Shown here in pieces: positions 23,774 to 37,489 of a stretch of DNA of 64,000 bases (positions are counted from its first letter, which is position 1; every line of letters starts with the position of its first letter). The stretch lies in assembly GCF_006345805.1 (NCBI RefSeq), contig NC_043013.1:40734001-40798000 (forward strand), read 5' to 3'. The notes under the pieces were generated by a model, which saw only the letters and a program-made list of their open reading frames with translations, searched no databases and was not told the origin of the DNA. Position numbers and translations under genes: made by a program. This DNA is from Octopus sinensis (taxonomy: Eukaryota).

Positions 23774-25569
23774 TACACACAAACAGATACATATATCATC
23801 ATAAAAATATGTGTGTGTATATATTTATATAGGTAGACAGTATGAGTCATTTTAGTTGCCCAACCTGTTAAAAACTACAGTGAAATCACTCCCAACTCTC
23901 AGCTTGCTGTCTTTAAAAAAGAAGAATGTATTAGACAATGTAGCCCCTGTTATACAAACAAACTTCCCTTGGGTGACTCTGGAATAAAAATGCATAGTAG
24001 AGAATGGGCCTAAGCTTTGTTAAATAGGGTGCAAACCTCAAACCTGTTTCAGTGTAATTAGACCTCCTTAGCAAGGCATAACCTTACAAACTGCTACAAG
24101 ACCTTAGAATGATCATGGGAAGAATGCTTTTGACCACAGGTCTCTGCTTGATCAAGATAACTAGAGTCTAAACAACAACAAAGACATCAAATACAAAAAC
24201 GAATGCACTCATGTCTATATAATGGTATTGGGAAAAATTCCCAGCGATGACTTCTGTATGAATAATATATAGTTAAGTACAAGCTAACATTACTTAATGG
24301 AATCAAATAAACAGTTTTAATCAATTGAGACCACATTTGTTAGGAAAAGAAAAATCATTAGCAATAATGATAGTTCTTATCACTGAAAACAGGGGAGAGA
24401 ACTCTGAGATTAAAATTGATTAAAAACCGAAACTAAATGATTTAAGTATTTTAAAATAATGACTGAAAGAAAATTTCCAAGGACACCTTCTGCAAGAAGA
24501 ACCTGATAGCTGTACTAAAGTATAATATAACAGACATCTTTTTTATTTTGATGACCATAGAGTCTATAACGTGACAACCCCAGACAAACTATATTGTCAG
24601 GTGTAAAAGCAGATCTTAATAAACATGAAAAGAAGATAATAAATCAAATGGCTGTTAGTATCATCGCTATCCTAAATGGTTTGGTGATATCCAGTTTATA
24701 GCTGGTGTGTCTATGTTATATTTCTTTTGACAGTATTCTGCATGAAAGAAACTTGGTGGGGTGTTAAGATTGCACTAAATGACAGTGGGAGAGAGAGAGC
24801 ACTATGACAGTGGTGGTGGATATATGTAAGGTGGTGATAGTGGTGGATATGAAAAGCAATATCCTGGTGGTGGGTACTGCGAAGTAGTATGGTGGTGGTG
24901 TAGGTGGCAGTGAATATGTATGGATGTAGCTGTATACTTGTGTTTTGGTCATAAAATAAGATCAAGGTGAACAGAGATGGTAGTCACAAAAACTTCAAAA
25001 CTGTGAGTGCGAGTGAGCATGTATGTATAATGAATACTGTTCCTATGAATAGAAATTAAATAATGTTATGTGTGTGTGTGTGTGTGTGTGTGCGTGTGTG
25101 TAATGAAAAGTTCCCAGAAACAGGAGTGGAATGAAGTTAAATATTCATATTTTACACACACATACACACACACTCATGTGTATGTTAGTACATTTATGTA
25201 CTAATACAATACTAATAAGGGTGTAAAAAAGTATGTAGCATGTATACACCCTATTAATGCGTATATGAACAGGGTGTGCTTGGACCCAACAAATATAAAG
25301 CATTACGTCAACAGGGTGGGGTGACTACTAACAAGGCATATGCAATTGAATTATAGCCACCACTTCACAATCACCACACCTATAATACATATACATATGT
25401 ATATTATGTAAAAGGTAAGATCCAAGAATCAATGTGTATGAAGTTAGTAAGCTTTGTGCAGTTCTCAGAAGATACAAAAAACAACTTTCAGGAACAATAA
25501 TATTATAGTTTATTGATGTAGAAGGTTGTAAATTTCTTCCATATTGAAGTTTGAGATATATATATATAT

Positions 25570-25830
25570 ATATAGTTAATCCAAACAAGAAAACAAAAAA
25601 ACACAACGCAAGGACGTGGAACAAATAAAGTATTATTGGACGCTCAGGAAAGAAGTGAAGAAGGAGGGTTTAACGTTTCGAGCGGAGCTCTTCGTCGGAA
25701 ACATAGGAGAAGGAAAGATCCCGAGAAGGGAAGACAGAGGAAAAAAAATCGCCAGTGGTACTCACGAGGTTACATATTGAAAGACGAAAGTAGTAAAGTA
25801 GAGGAATAATGTTTTTTAAAGACAGGAGAG
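25570..25830 (-). mobile_element. Penelope-like terminal fragment containing a minimal hammerhead-like motif
   Basis: Reverse contains gtttccgacgaagagctccgctcgaaacgttaaac. Confidence 0.5.
25668..25702 (-). ncRNA. Minimal type I hammerhead-ribozyme-like motif (U4C variant)
   Basis: Stem I GUUU/AAAC, core CCGACGA, stem II GAGC/GCUC, GAAAC-GUU with palindromic helix III. Confidence 0.45.
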
Positions 25831-26954
25831 TTTATCAAAGACAGTATGGTAAAGAAAATATATATATATATATTACATACAAATGTATATATAGCATAGG
25901 CAAAGGTGTGGTAAAAAGTTTGCTTCCCAACCACATGGTTCCGGGTTTACTCCCACTGCATGGTGCCTTGACCAAGTATCTTCTACTATGACTCTGGACC
26001 AAACAAAGCCTTGACAACCAGTGTTTATGTGTTTACATCCCTGTAACTTGACAGTTCGGCAAAAGAGATTGATAGAATAAGTACCAAGTTTAAAACACAA
26101 AATAGTACTGGGGTCAATTCATTCAACTAAAAATTCTTCAAGGTGGTGCCCCAGCATGGCCGTTGTCTAAAGCAAGGGTTGGGGAACTTTTGTAACCAAT
26201 TACCCCTAGATATACTTATTTATCCCGGAATTACCTCCTTGTTTTGAAAGGAAGAAAATCATAGATTCTTTGAATTTAGAAGGTTTATTGCATCTATTTA
26301 TATGGATAATATAATTATAAATATAAAAAGTATAAAACAAATGCGATCAAATAATTTAATATGCTCATATTGAAACAAAAGGATTTTTCTAGAAACTTTA
26401 GGTTTTGGAGAAATGATGTTTCATTTTTGCTACAATTACATCAAAATTGGGGCATTTTGATGTCAGAGCAACTTAGATACAGTCATCAGGTCTAATTGAT
26501 TACTCTGTTTTTTTATGTTCATTAGAGTGAAGAATCCTTGTTATATATAATTTTATATAATTTTATATAATTTTACTTATGTCTAATGAGTCTTCATTAC
26601 CCACAAGAATTTCATTTTTACCCACTTTGGGTAATTTACCCTTGTTCATTAACCCCCTGTTGTGTTCTTTCTGTTCAACTCTTGTATTATATATATATAT
26701 TGTTCAAATTTACAGAAAACAAAGGATGAAGATAGGTATAGGAACAACAAGCAGGCATATTTGTTAAATGCTCAGGAAGAATGGAAAAGTCTTTTACAAC
26801 TTTGACAGATATATATATATTTATATATATATATATATATATATACAATTATGTAAATGTATATAAAATATATATTACAAATATATATATATATATTACA
26901 TATATATATTATATAAATATAAAATACACATGACTATATATAATGATATGTATT

Positions 26955-26985
<31 letters not shown>

Positions 26986-27918
26986 ATACATGCATATATA
27001 TATATATTTATATATATACACATACATGTTGTGTGGGTCTGTGTGTGTGTATGTGTGAGTATGCATGTGTGTATGTGAGTGTGTGCGTGTACGTGTGTGT
27101 GTATCTATGTGTATATTTCTAGATGTATCTTTGTACTTTACTATTCCTACCTGTACTCCCTCCCAGTGCGCAGACACACTAAGGTCATAAATTAGGTTCC
27201 TCCACATCATTAACATTCTCATTCTTTCACTCCAGACAATTGTCTAGTTTTATCTATTTAACAGAGCTTTTCACTTTCAGTTGTTACAGACTAATGTTGC
27301 TGTGCGGTTGAATACATCCTGCTTCATATCAGACGAATTTTGTTAACAATGGCTCTGCCTGTACTCAACGGTACACCACCAGCATACAACTAGATAAACT
27401 GTTTTGCTATATGCAGCACTGCCCATTGTATTTACTTCTCCCTATCACCCTTTTCTTTTTCTTCTTCCTCCTTTCCTTCTCCTTCTTCTGATTTTTCTCT
27501 TTTACCTTCTTCTATTTTCTTTTACCTTCTTCTATTTGCTTTCCTCCCCCTCCTATCATTATATGTATCTACCCTTTTATTCTTCACCTACACATAATAT
27601 CTTTCCCCACAAACCTGTCCCTGCCGCATATACACTTTTAATTTTTTTCACTTTTTATTTCCTCCCAGTACTTTCCTAACAACAGGTTCTGATAGACGCA
27701 CAGTGTAATAGCACACCTTTGATGCAAGTCTGAGGAAGTGCCTCTCCAATACCTAAAACTGCAAATATTATGCAAATTTTCTTTTAGAATTTTAACGTAA
27801 ATTGGTGCTGCAAAAAGGGACGGTATGGAAACGTTTGTAAGTTATAATTAAAGCTGTGTGAATAAACTTTCTCTGTCTTTTTCTTTTCATTGCATTACTA
27901 TATGTGTGTGTGTGTATG

Positions 27919-27952
<34 letters not shown>

Positions 27953-28064
27953 TTATGTATTTTATATATATTTATATAATATGCATATACATTATATATA
28001 TATATATATACACACACACACATTATGTATATATACACACACACATATATATATATATCATTCA

Positions 28065-28235
28065 CAATGATAGATCGCTAGCCACTACACATTCTTTATT
28101 TTCTCTCCTTGTTTCTTTCTGTGTTCCTTTCTGTGGAAGAGCATAGGCTCGAAACATTAAAGACTTTTTCACTTCCTGAGCATTATACTAATGCATCTGT
28201 TTGTTGTCTACACCACCTGTCTTCATCTTTTGCTT
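28065..28235 (+). mobile_element. Penelope-like terminal fragment (family also at 34145-34335 + and 60140-60370 -)
   Basis: Three dispersed homologous copies gatagatcgctagccactacaca...ctttctgtggaagagc..ggctcgaaac. Confidence 0.5.
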
Positions 28236-28328
28236 TATTCTATCAGTCTCTCTTGCCGAACTGCTAAGTTACAGGGATCGTAAACATACCAGCATCAGTT
28301 GTCAAGTGATGTTGTGGGACAAACAAAG

Positions 28329-28373
<45 letters not shown>

Positions 28374-29100
28374 AGCATATATATGATGGGCTTCTTTCAC
28401 TTTCCATCTACCAGATTCACTAACTTGAATTGAAAATTCTGGTATCATGCATCGCTTCTAAGCATAGCATGAAACATAATAATAATAATAATAATAATCC
28501 ATTCTACTATAAGCGCAAGGCTTGAAATTTTGGGGGAGAGGTATGTTGATTACATAGACCCCAGTACCCAACTGGTACTTAATTTATCGACCCCGAGAGG
28601 ATGGAAGGCAATATTGACCTTGGTGGAATTTGAACTAAGAATGTAGCGGCAGATAAAATACCGCTAAGCATTTCACCCAGCATGCTAACGGTTCTGCCAG
28701 CTTGCTGCCTTAATAGTAATAATAAGAAGAAAAAGAAGAATGGTTTCAAATTTTGGCACAAGGCCAGCAAGTTCTGGGTAGAGGTAAATTGATTACATCG
28801 ACCCCAGTGCTCAACTGTTACTTATTTTATTGACCCTAAAAGGACGAAAAGCAAAGTTGATCTCAGTGGTTCCCAAAGCAGGTGGTATTGGCCTCCTGGG
28901 GGCGATGAAAAGTTCCACGGGGGTGATAATTTGGTAGCAATTCATGCAAAAAGTGGAGCGATAATGGGGTAGTGATTTATGTAAAAACAACAAAATAATG
29001 GGTTTGATAGGTTAAGTTTTAGTTGTGAAATACAGTTGCTTTGAATTTGCCTCAGAAAGATGTCTAGGTTTGTAATGGTTAGTTGGGGCGGGGGCGCTAG

Positions 29101-29139
<39 letters not shown>

Positions 29140-29773
29140 TATTAATGATAATAATAATCCTTTCTACTAAAGGCACAAGGCCTGAAATTTTGAGTGAGGG
29201 GACTAGTCGAGTACATCAACCCCAGTGTTTCACTGGTACTTAATTTATTGGTCCCAAAAGGATGAAAGGCAAAGTTGACTTCAGCAGAATGTTGTGGCAC
29301 ACAAAATACCACTAAATATATCGCCTGATGTTCTAATGATTCTGTCAGCTCACTGCCTAATAATAATAATAATAATAAAACAATATTTCTTATACAAGGT
29401 ACAAGGCCTGATATTCAAAGAATTAAGTGCAGAACAAAAAAAAAAAAATCCAGAATAAATACTGTGAAGAAATTTTTCTGAACATTGAAGATTTTGCCAA
29501 TTCATAACATTTAACAGTTTCTAATTTAGGCATAAGGCCAGAAATTCTGTGGGTAGGGCATGGTTAGTTGGATTACATTAATATATGTCATAAGAATAAC
29601 AAATATCATATCATATATCAAATTGAATTGAAGCTGATTATTGAACGATCCATAATATCACTGAAACTTCTTATAGAATGGTTTCATTTCCTTCTTGAGT
29701 CCTCAACTTGTCATGGGGTTATAACAGGTATGAGATGACATGATGCTGCCATTTTGTCACTGCCTATTTGTCA

Positions 29774-29920
29774 TCACTGTTTCGATGCTGACTTATTTGA
29801 CAGCAGACGTTTTAATGCTTCTCTTGTGTTAAAGCTTCTCTTGTTTTCTCCTTCCTTCTTTTCTTCTTTCTCTTGCTGTTTATGCATGTGAGCTTTATGT
29901 ACATGAGAAGGACAGAGTAC
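29774..29920 (-). CDS. Candidate exon (VLCPSHVHKAHMHKQQEKEEKKEGENKRSFNTREALKRLLSNK...), internal (donor after 29793) or terminal (TGA at 29774)
   Basis: Open phase-0 frame after a weak ccaaaag acceptor; charged peptide; possible phase-2 donor gtcagc. Confidence 0.3.
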   Translation of the reverse strand, partial: VLCPSHVHKAHMHKQQEKEEKKEGENKRSFNTREALKRLLSNKSASKQ

Positions 29921-31611
29921 CTTTTGGCACAGGAGGCAAACATACACACACAATGAAGCAGAGAAATATACACTTACAAATAGAAAGAATGAGAGAAAGA
30001 CAGAGAGAGTGCAAGAGAGGGACATTACAAATTATTTATTAAACACAGATGACATAAACAGTCATTAAAACATGTTTAATGTTCATGCAGCTGTGCCAAA
30101 CTGCCAATGTCCAAACAGCTGTGCCCAGTTGTCTCATTTCACAGTCATAACATACTGTATAGCATGCAGCATTTCAGCCCAGGCAGAGTCCAGCCACATC
30201 CAAGGTAGAATGATATATGATATCACACATCACTCTGTAAACAAATTCAATATAACATAGTGTATATGTATGAATGCCTTCTCCTTTGTGTCCTGATGAT
30301 GTTTTATATGCTTAAAACAATGTTACTGCTTAGGCAGTATATCAACTGTTATTGTATACACATGCCATAAAACACACTGACTGTTCAGCATTTTTTTCAT
30401 GTGAAGAACTAAGGGAATAAGTTACTTTACTTGAAACTGAGTAAGAGTTGGTGATTGGAAAGGCATCCAGCTTCCTTAACAAAATCTCACTTCAAACCAT
30501 GCCATTTGTAGAAAAGCCAAATGTGAAAATGATGATGATGACGGTGATGATCTATTTACATATCTATCATATGTCAACATTTATGTTTAATATATTACAG
30601 TTAAAAAATGCTGATGTCATGAATTCCATATCTTAATGTATTTATTAAACAGCGCATTCCTTTCTGCTGTGTCTATCATTGCACTATTGGCATTCCGTAA
30701 TATTTGGAATGACTGACAGTAACTGGGCTCCAACAGAGTTTTATATGGATGTTTGAAACCACTTGCAATGATTATGTGATGCAGCCACAGGAGAAATTTA
30801 GTCTTTATAAGGCCCACCTCAGACAAAGTTGGTAAGAAGGTGACATCCTCTACAAAGATGGTTCATTTCAATTATGATGATCCGACTTCTAAATGATTTC
30901 AAGATCTTCTAGAAATAACAGCTGGATACCCATCAAATCTTATATTATGAAGGTACAGGTATGGCTGTGTGGTTAAGAAGCTCGCTTTGCTAATGCCATG
31001 GTTTCAATCTCACTGCATGATACCTGGGGCAAGTGTCTTGTATTACAGCTCTGGACCAATCAACGGATAGTGAATGAATTTGGTTGATGGAAATTGTGTG
31101 GAATCCCATGGCATATGTGTGCGTGTGTGTATGTGCATGTCTTTATGTTTGTTCATTCCCCTACTGCCTGACAACTAGTATTGGTTTGTTTACATCCCCA
31201 TAACTTAGTAGTTTTATAAGTGAAACCGACAGAATAAGTAATTGACTAAGGTCGATTTGTTTGATTGAACTTTTCAAGGTGGTACCCCAGCATAGTCATA
31301 GTCCAGTAAAAGATAACAGAAAAGACAAAAGGCAGACAGTATAAAGAATGTATTACATATATCAATCATACATAAAGCAAACAGGATTATATACCCGGAT
31401 ATGTAATTGTGTTTATTTTATACCAAGGTGTGTATATGAATATCTTTCTGAGTGAGTATGTAAGCAAACTATTTGAACAATATCATGCTTTGCACAGATA
31501 GATAAGACATTCCATGCTGTGCATACCACATGTCAAAAGACTGTGACAAGACACTGTGAGGTCCATTCAGTCAGTGACTGCATGATAAGATGACAGTGTA
31601 TATATGTGCAT

Positions 31612-31648
<37 letters not shown>

Positions 31649-31906
31649 AGCACTACATGTCTGTAGTCTATATAACTTAGCAACATGCATAGGTCAACCC
31701 CCATCAGTCCATATATTCAAAAGTGAAAAATGCGATATCCCCCACCCCGGGCCCCATCTACTTAGAATAAAAAAGATCCCTCGATGACATATTCAGTCCT
31801 CAATAACCTCAACACAGTTACCCTCTGTTTGAAATAGATACCAACATATGACAACTAAGCCACCTTTATAGACAAATAAATAAATATATTCTCTAAATTT
31901 GCTTAC

Positions 31907-32078
31907 TGTAATAAATAAGACAACACCTTTATTTGGAGAGAACGAATTTAATCTATTATCTGGTTTAACACCCTCACTAGGCCTGTGAATTTCACAAGTG
32001 AATCCACTCCATTGAAAACCTTTGTGCCTTGTCTCAAGTCTGCAGATAACTTCCTTCCTTAAACTAGTCATGAAGATC
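31907..32078 (-). CDS. Candidate exon of unknown affiliation (IFMTSLRKEVICRLETRHKGFQWSG...GVVLFIT)
   Basis: Strong acceptor ctcttttcag and donor gtaagc; only one open frame; phase 2 to 0; no recognised homology. Confidence 0.35.
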
Positions 32079-33399
32079 CTGAAAAGAGTGACAAGAGCCC
32101 CCCTTTCCTCAAATTAAGCAATAAAAAAACATAAGATGCCAGAACCTCCTTCCCTTTTTGAGACACATTTAAACATTTTTAAACTGTCCCATAAAGCAAA
32201 AAAATCTCTGATAATGTGATACAATGCTCTTATCAGTAGCGGGGATACTTGATACTCACGTTTTGAGATTATTTCTCCTGCTGCTAAACTAAAACAGCCC
32301 TGTGTTAGGTGATCATACATTACTTTTTAATTATGGTTTATTTAGAAGGGAAAAGGTAATGAACACATGACCTTTACGTGTGGTCTCCCAGTTTGTTGAG
32401 ATAGGAGAGGAAGAAGAAAACACAGCCTGTTTGCTTCAGTTGGAAGCAGCACTTTAAGATATCACGTATCACTTATCATGGTCTGATTCTGAAAACTTGC
32501 TCCTGAGTGGATTCCACTGAAGGCATTCAAGGTCCAGGTGGTGAATTAATTTTAGCACCTGAGAACAGCCTATATAGTGAGCCTTAACACGGTGTTAGCA
32601 AAGCCAGTTTTTCTCACAAGACTTAGGCTGAGCCAAAGCTATGGTAGAAGATACCATGGTAGAAGATACCAAGGTGTCACTCAGTGGATTTGAACATGAC
32701 ACCACCTGATTACAAAGTAAATTTCTTAACCATGTGGCCGTACTTGCATATATTCATGTCTGTACAATAGTTACTCGTTCAACATTAGCAATGCACCATT
32801 TTTACTAGGTGTTATATATATGTGTGTGTGTGTGTATGTATATAGATAAATAGATAGATACATAGATAAATACATAGACAATTGGAGGTGCAGGTGTGGC
32901 TGTGTGGTAAGAAGCTTGCTTCTCAACCACATGCTTCTGGGGTGAGTTTCACTGCATGGCACCTTGGGTAAGTGTCTTCTATGATAGCATCAGGCCAACT
33001 AAAGCCTTGTGAGTGGATTTGGTAGACAGAAACTGAAAGAAGCCTGTCATGAATATATATGTGTGTGTGTGTGTGTGTGTACATGTGTGCTGTTGTGTCT
33101 GGGTTTGTTCCCCAGCCACTGCTTGACAACTGGTGTTGGTGTGTTTATATCTCCATAACTTAGAGGTTGGACTATAAAACCTTTCAAGATGAATACACAT
33201 ACGTATGTATATAAATCCTGTACAGTCTTATGTAATCTTGTATATTCTTATCCAAAATGGAGATGAGTACCAATATTTTCACTTGATATGCTTCGACAAC
33301 TGTGAAGATCTCTTCATATGAAACTATTGGTTGCCCTGTTAACCCACAAATAAAGTGTGTGTATGTATATATATAGAGAGAACAAAGTGCACGTATGCC

Positions 33400-33660
33400 G
33401 CTATATATGTATATATAAAATAAAATACAAAATGGGACAAGAACGCAAAACATCCAGACAACTAGGTGATACAAAAGGGGACAACAAAACATCCAGATAG
33501 ACGATACAAAAAAAACACGGACAGGTCATTTGAAGCCTTTTATCTTCAGTCAAGAACCGGATCATCCTCGCAATTTTGAGATTGCTCCACTCTGGCCAGG
33601 TGGATGTTGGCCTGGTCGCCTAACCAGAGAGGTAGTATGATTCAAAAGCTAAATAAACAA
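33400..33660. mobile_element. Dispersed repeat, probably Penelope-derived (homolog at about 36470-36860)
   Basis: Shared acgcaaaacatccagaca...gtgatacaaaa..ggggacaacaaaacatccaga...ggacaggtcattt...gattgctcca..ctggccag. Confidence 0.5.
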
Positions 33661-35634
33661 TGCAATATGTATGTATATATTCCTCTCTCTCTCATTCTCT
33701 CTTATTCTCTCTTCCTCTCTCTCATCACATACCCACCTTCCCCTCCCCCATAAGCTCACCCACCCCTACACATTCCTACTCCACCTTCCCTATCCTTCCC
33801 ATCCCACACACCCTCTCCCACATACCCCACCTCTACCCCCACCCCTGCCTACCCACAAACCCCAACCCTCAGCCGAACCGTACCCCACTCTCACCTCCCC
33901 CACCTCCCAACAACATCACACCATGCAACATTACACATCACATCACAATACCTCACCCACACACCGATCCCCACATTTTCACATCTACACATACAGACAT
34001 GCACACGTCCAGACCACCAGCCTTCTTTCACACACACATACATACTCTCTTATACACACACGCACCTTTGTGTTGGGGGTCATCTTTACTTTGTTATCTT
34101 CCTTACTTTCCCTCTCGTATGTGACCCTTCTGTCCAAGTCAGTCGCCATGATAGATCGTTAGCCACTACACACATTTTTTTCTCTCCTTGTTTTTTCTGT
34201 GTCCCTTTCTGTAGAAGAGCGTAGGCTCAAAACATAAAAAAAAACCTTTTCTATTCCTGAGCGTTATACTAATACATCTGTTTGTTTTGTACACCACCTG
34301 TCTTCGTCTTTTGTGGTTTTTACATAAACTCTCCCTATATATATATAGATTCAGATGAATATGGTACTTAAGTTGAGGCACCAGAATTTAGTATGGTATT
34401 ATCCATACAATTTAAAATAAGGTGATTATAATCAAAATAAGCAACAAGGATATCCAGAGGTAATGCATTACTTCTGGATATCCTTGTTGCTTATTTTGAT
34501 TATATATATATATATTTATACACACACACACACACAGAGTAATACCGCACTTTATGAGGACTTGCTTTATGAGACCAAGCATTTAGTTGGGGAGAGGGCA
34601 AGCCAATTATATTGATCCCAGTGTTCAACTGGTACTCATTTTATTGACCCCAAAAGGACAAAAGGCAAAGTTGGCATTTGTAGAATTTGAATTCTGAATG
34701 AAAATATGAATGAAATGGTACTAAGTATTTTGTCTTGTGTGCAAACGATTCTTCCATCTCACCACCTTAGTTGACTAGTAATAATAATAATAAAAAAGTG
34801 AAATAAAATCAGTGCATGTTAATTATTGGCACAATGACCCTCCTAAGAGACAACAAAATCGTTTCAATGCATGACTTTTGTATCAAGATTCTTGTAAACC
34901 AAATACAAAATTAAGAATGATTGTATATTTGTACATATGATAATATAAAGACAGTTTAGGCATGGGATGTAAGTCAAATTAATTTATCTGTTTATATTTT
35001 ATTATACAGCTCTTACACACATCATGAAGGTAGTTGTATTGAAATTTGGTGCTAGTCTGGTTTTGCACATATAACAACAGTTTCACTATAGAAACACTTT
35101 ACTCAGTGAAGTGACAAATCCAGCAAATTACACTTTCACTTCAACTTGTAAACTACGTGAAATAGTCATATATAACTTTCACTTTTAACACATTTTAAGT
35201 TTGCCTTCAATATCCTGTTTTATTTAATTTTCCAGGAATTTTCCATTTGTTGTGCTTCTCTCACTAAATAAATTTTGGAGTTTATTTGAGGATTTTCAAG
35301 AGGTTTTATATTTGGAATTTAAAATCACCTGATCACATGATCAACCAGACTATCAGATATTGTTATTCATTGCTGTTTACAGTTACTTTGCATCATTTTA
35401 ACTTTCAAATGATTTCACCCCACTGGCTAGGTGGGCAGGCCAACATTCCCATTGATCAGAAGGCTAGTCTGATGCAGGGTTAACCATTTACAGCTGAGTG
35501 GACTGGAGCAACAAAAAGTGAAGTATTTTGCTCAAGAACAAAACATATTTCCAAGTCCAGGTATTGAACCCACAGTTTAGTAACCATGAGTGCAACATTC
35601 TGACCAGTATTCATCTTATTAGAAAATGTGTTTT

Positions 35635-35797
35635 CGTGGTAAGTAGCTTGCTTACCAACCACATGGTTCCGGATTCAGTCCAACTGCGTGGCAGCTTGGG
35701 CAAGTGTCTTCTACTATAGCCTCAGGTCGACCAAAGCCTTGTGAATGGATTTCGTAGACTGAAACTGAAAGAAGCCTGCCGTATATATGTATGTATG

Positions 35798-35828
<31 letters not shown>

Positions 35829-35905
35829 ACATTTGTGTGTCTGTGTTTGTCTCCCCAACATCGCTTGACAGCTGATGCTGGTGTGTTACGTCCCGTAACT
35901 TTGAT
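35635..35905 (+). mobile_element. tRNA-derived SINE family 1, truncated
   Basis: High similarity to 44925-45190. Confidence 0.85.
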
Positions 35906-36179
35906 GGACAGGTGTCAATTCAGCTGTTTCTAACGAATCTTTTAATTAGTCATGGGTTCATATTATTAAAAAAAAACTGTTTTCTTCAGACAAATACATG
36001 AATTTTACAATCAAGGATATTTAAAATTATTTAAAATCCACAGCATATACATATTTAGTGATTCTACAACTGGCTCTTGCTGCAGATTCAAAGAGAAGTT
36101 CATCTTTGAACTTCTCTGCTTTAAGACCTCAAATGTAAGATCTGAAGATGGAGACTCATCTCATCCTAAGTAAAATGTA

Positions 36180-36231
<52 letters not shown>

Positions 36232-37442
36232 TATTAGAGACAAAACCACTATTTTGCAAAACAAACAAGGAAAGACTTAATCAATACATAAAATTTTAAT
36301 AAATAGTCAAAAAAACCGCCACTACAATCGTTTCTTGTCTTGATCGACAATCTTCAGGTGGACTTCCAATATGTCAGTTTCAAATTATATATATATATTG
36401 TTTGAACTGTTGGTGATGTCCTGTAGCCATATATGCATGTATATATATATATATATTATAATATATATAAAAAAATACAAAAAAGGGATAAGTACGCAAA
36501 ACATCCAGACAGTTAGGTAGGTGATACAAAAAAGGGGACAACAAAACATCCAGACAGGCGATACAAATAAAACAAGGACAGGTCATTTGGAGTTTTTTTT
36601 TCTTCAGTTGAGTTCCAGAATATCTTTGCAATTTCGGTTGGTTATACTCGATTGCTCCAATCTGGCCAGCCCCAAGGAAAAACTATGCTAAGAGCACTAG
36701 ATTCCTTGGAAGAAAGCAGCAAATGTATACGAAAACAAGGACGGCAAAAAAAAAAAATCGGAGAAATGGTACACAAATACAAATAACAGGACATTAACAA
36801 TAGGTGTCTTTCAACCAAGGATGAATTAAATTAAGCTTGTGTATGTGGAAGTAAAGCCTTACGGCAGGGACATATGATTGGACAGGGAGGAATACAGATG
36901 TTGCATGGATGGTAATTGAACCAAGAAAGTAAGGTCAGGCTTCGCGGAACACCAGTTAAGTGGGGAGAGAAAAGAAAGAGGTAGAGGCAGTGGGATAGAA
37001 GAATTAAGGAGGGGTGAGAAAAAATGAAAGGGACAGAGGGAAATGAAAGAGGAGGGAATGTGAGCATGAAGAGAAGGCTAGGAAATGTGAGAGAGTGGGA
37101 ACGAAAGAAAGAAGAGTGGAATGAACAAAGTAAGTATGAAGGGGCTGATAGAAAGAAGGAAAGGATGAAAGAATAGAAGGAATAATAAAAGCAAATATGA
37201 GGACAAGCAAATTAGATTCATCAATATACAAAGTATATTAAATACACGAAATACAAAATATGTATATTTGTATACATATAAAAGGGTCCAACATACACAG
37301 AGTACAAATTATAAAATTATAGGGGTGGAAGAAAGTATTACAAATCTAGCAGCTGTTTCTGGGAGTTCAATGATCCATAGTAATGTTTGGTTTATATATA
37401 TTCATTATATAGATAAATGATAAATACATATATCTATAGTTG

Positions 37443-37489
<47 letters not shown>

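Noticed and set aside
30617-30826. 69-aa minus ORF (GFKHPYKTLLEPSYCQSFQIL…)
   Set aside because: No convincing splice sites or recognisable homology; length is within chance expectation
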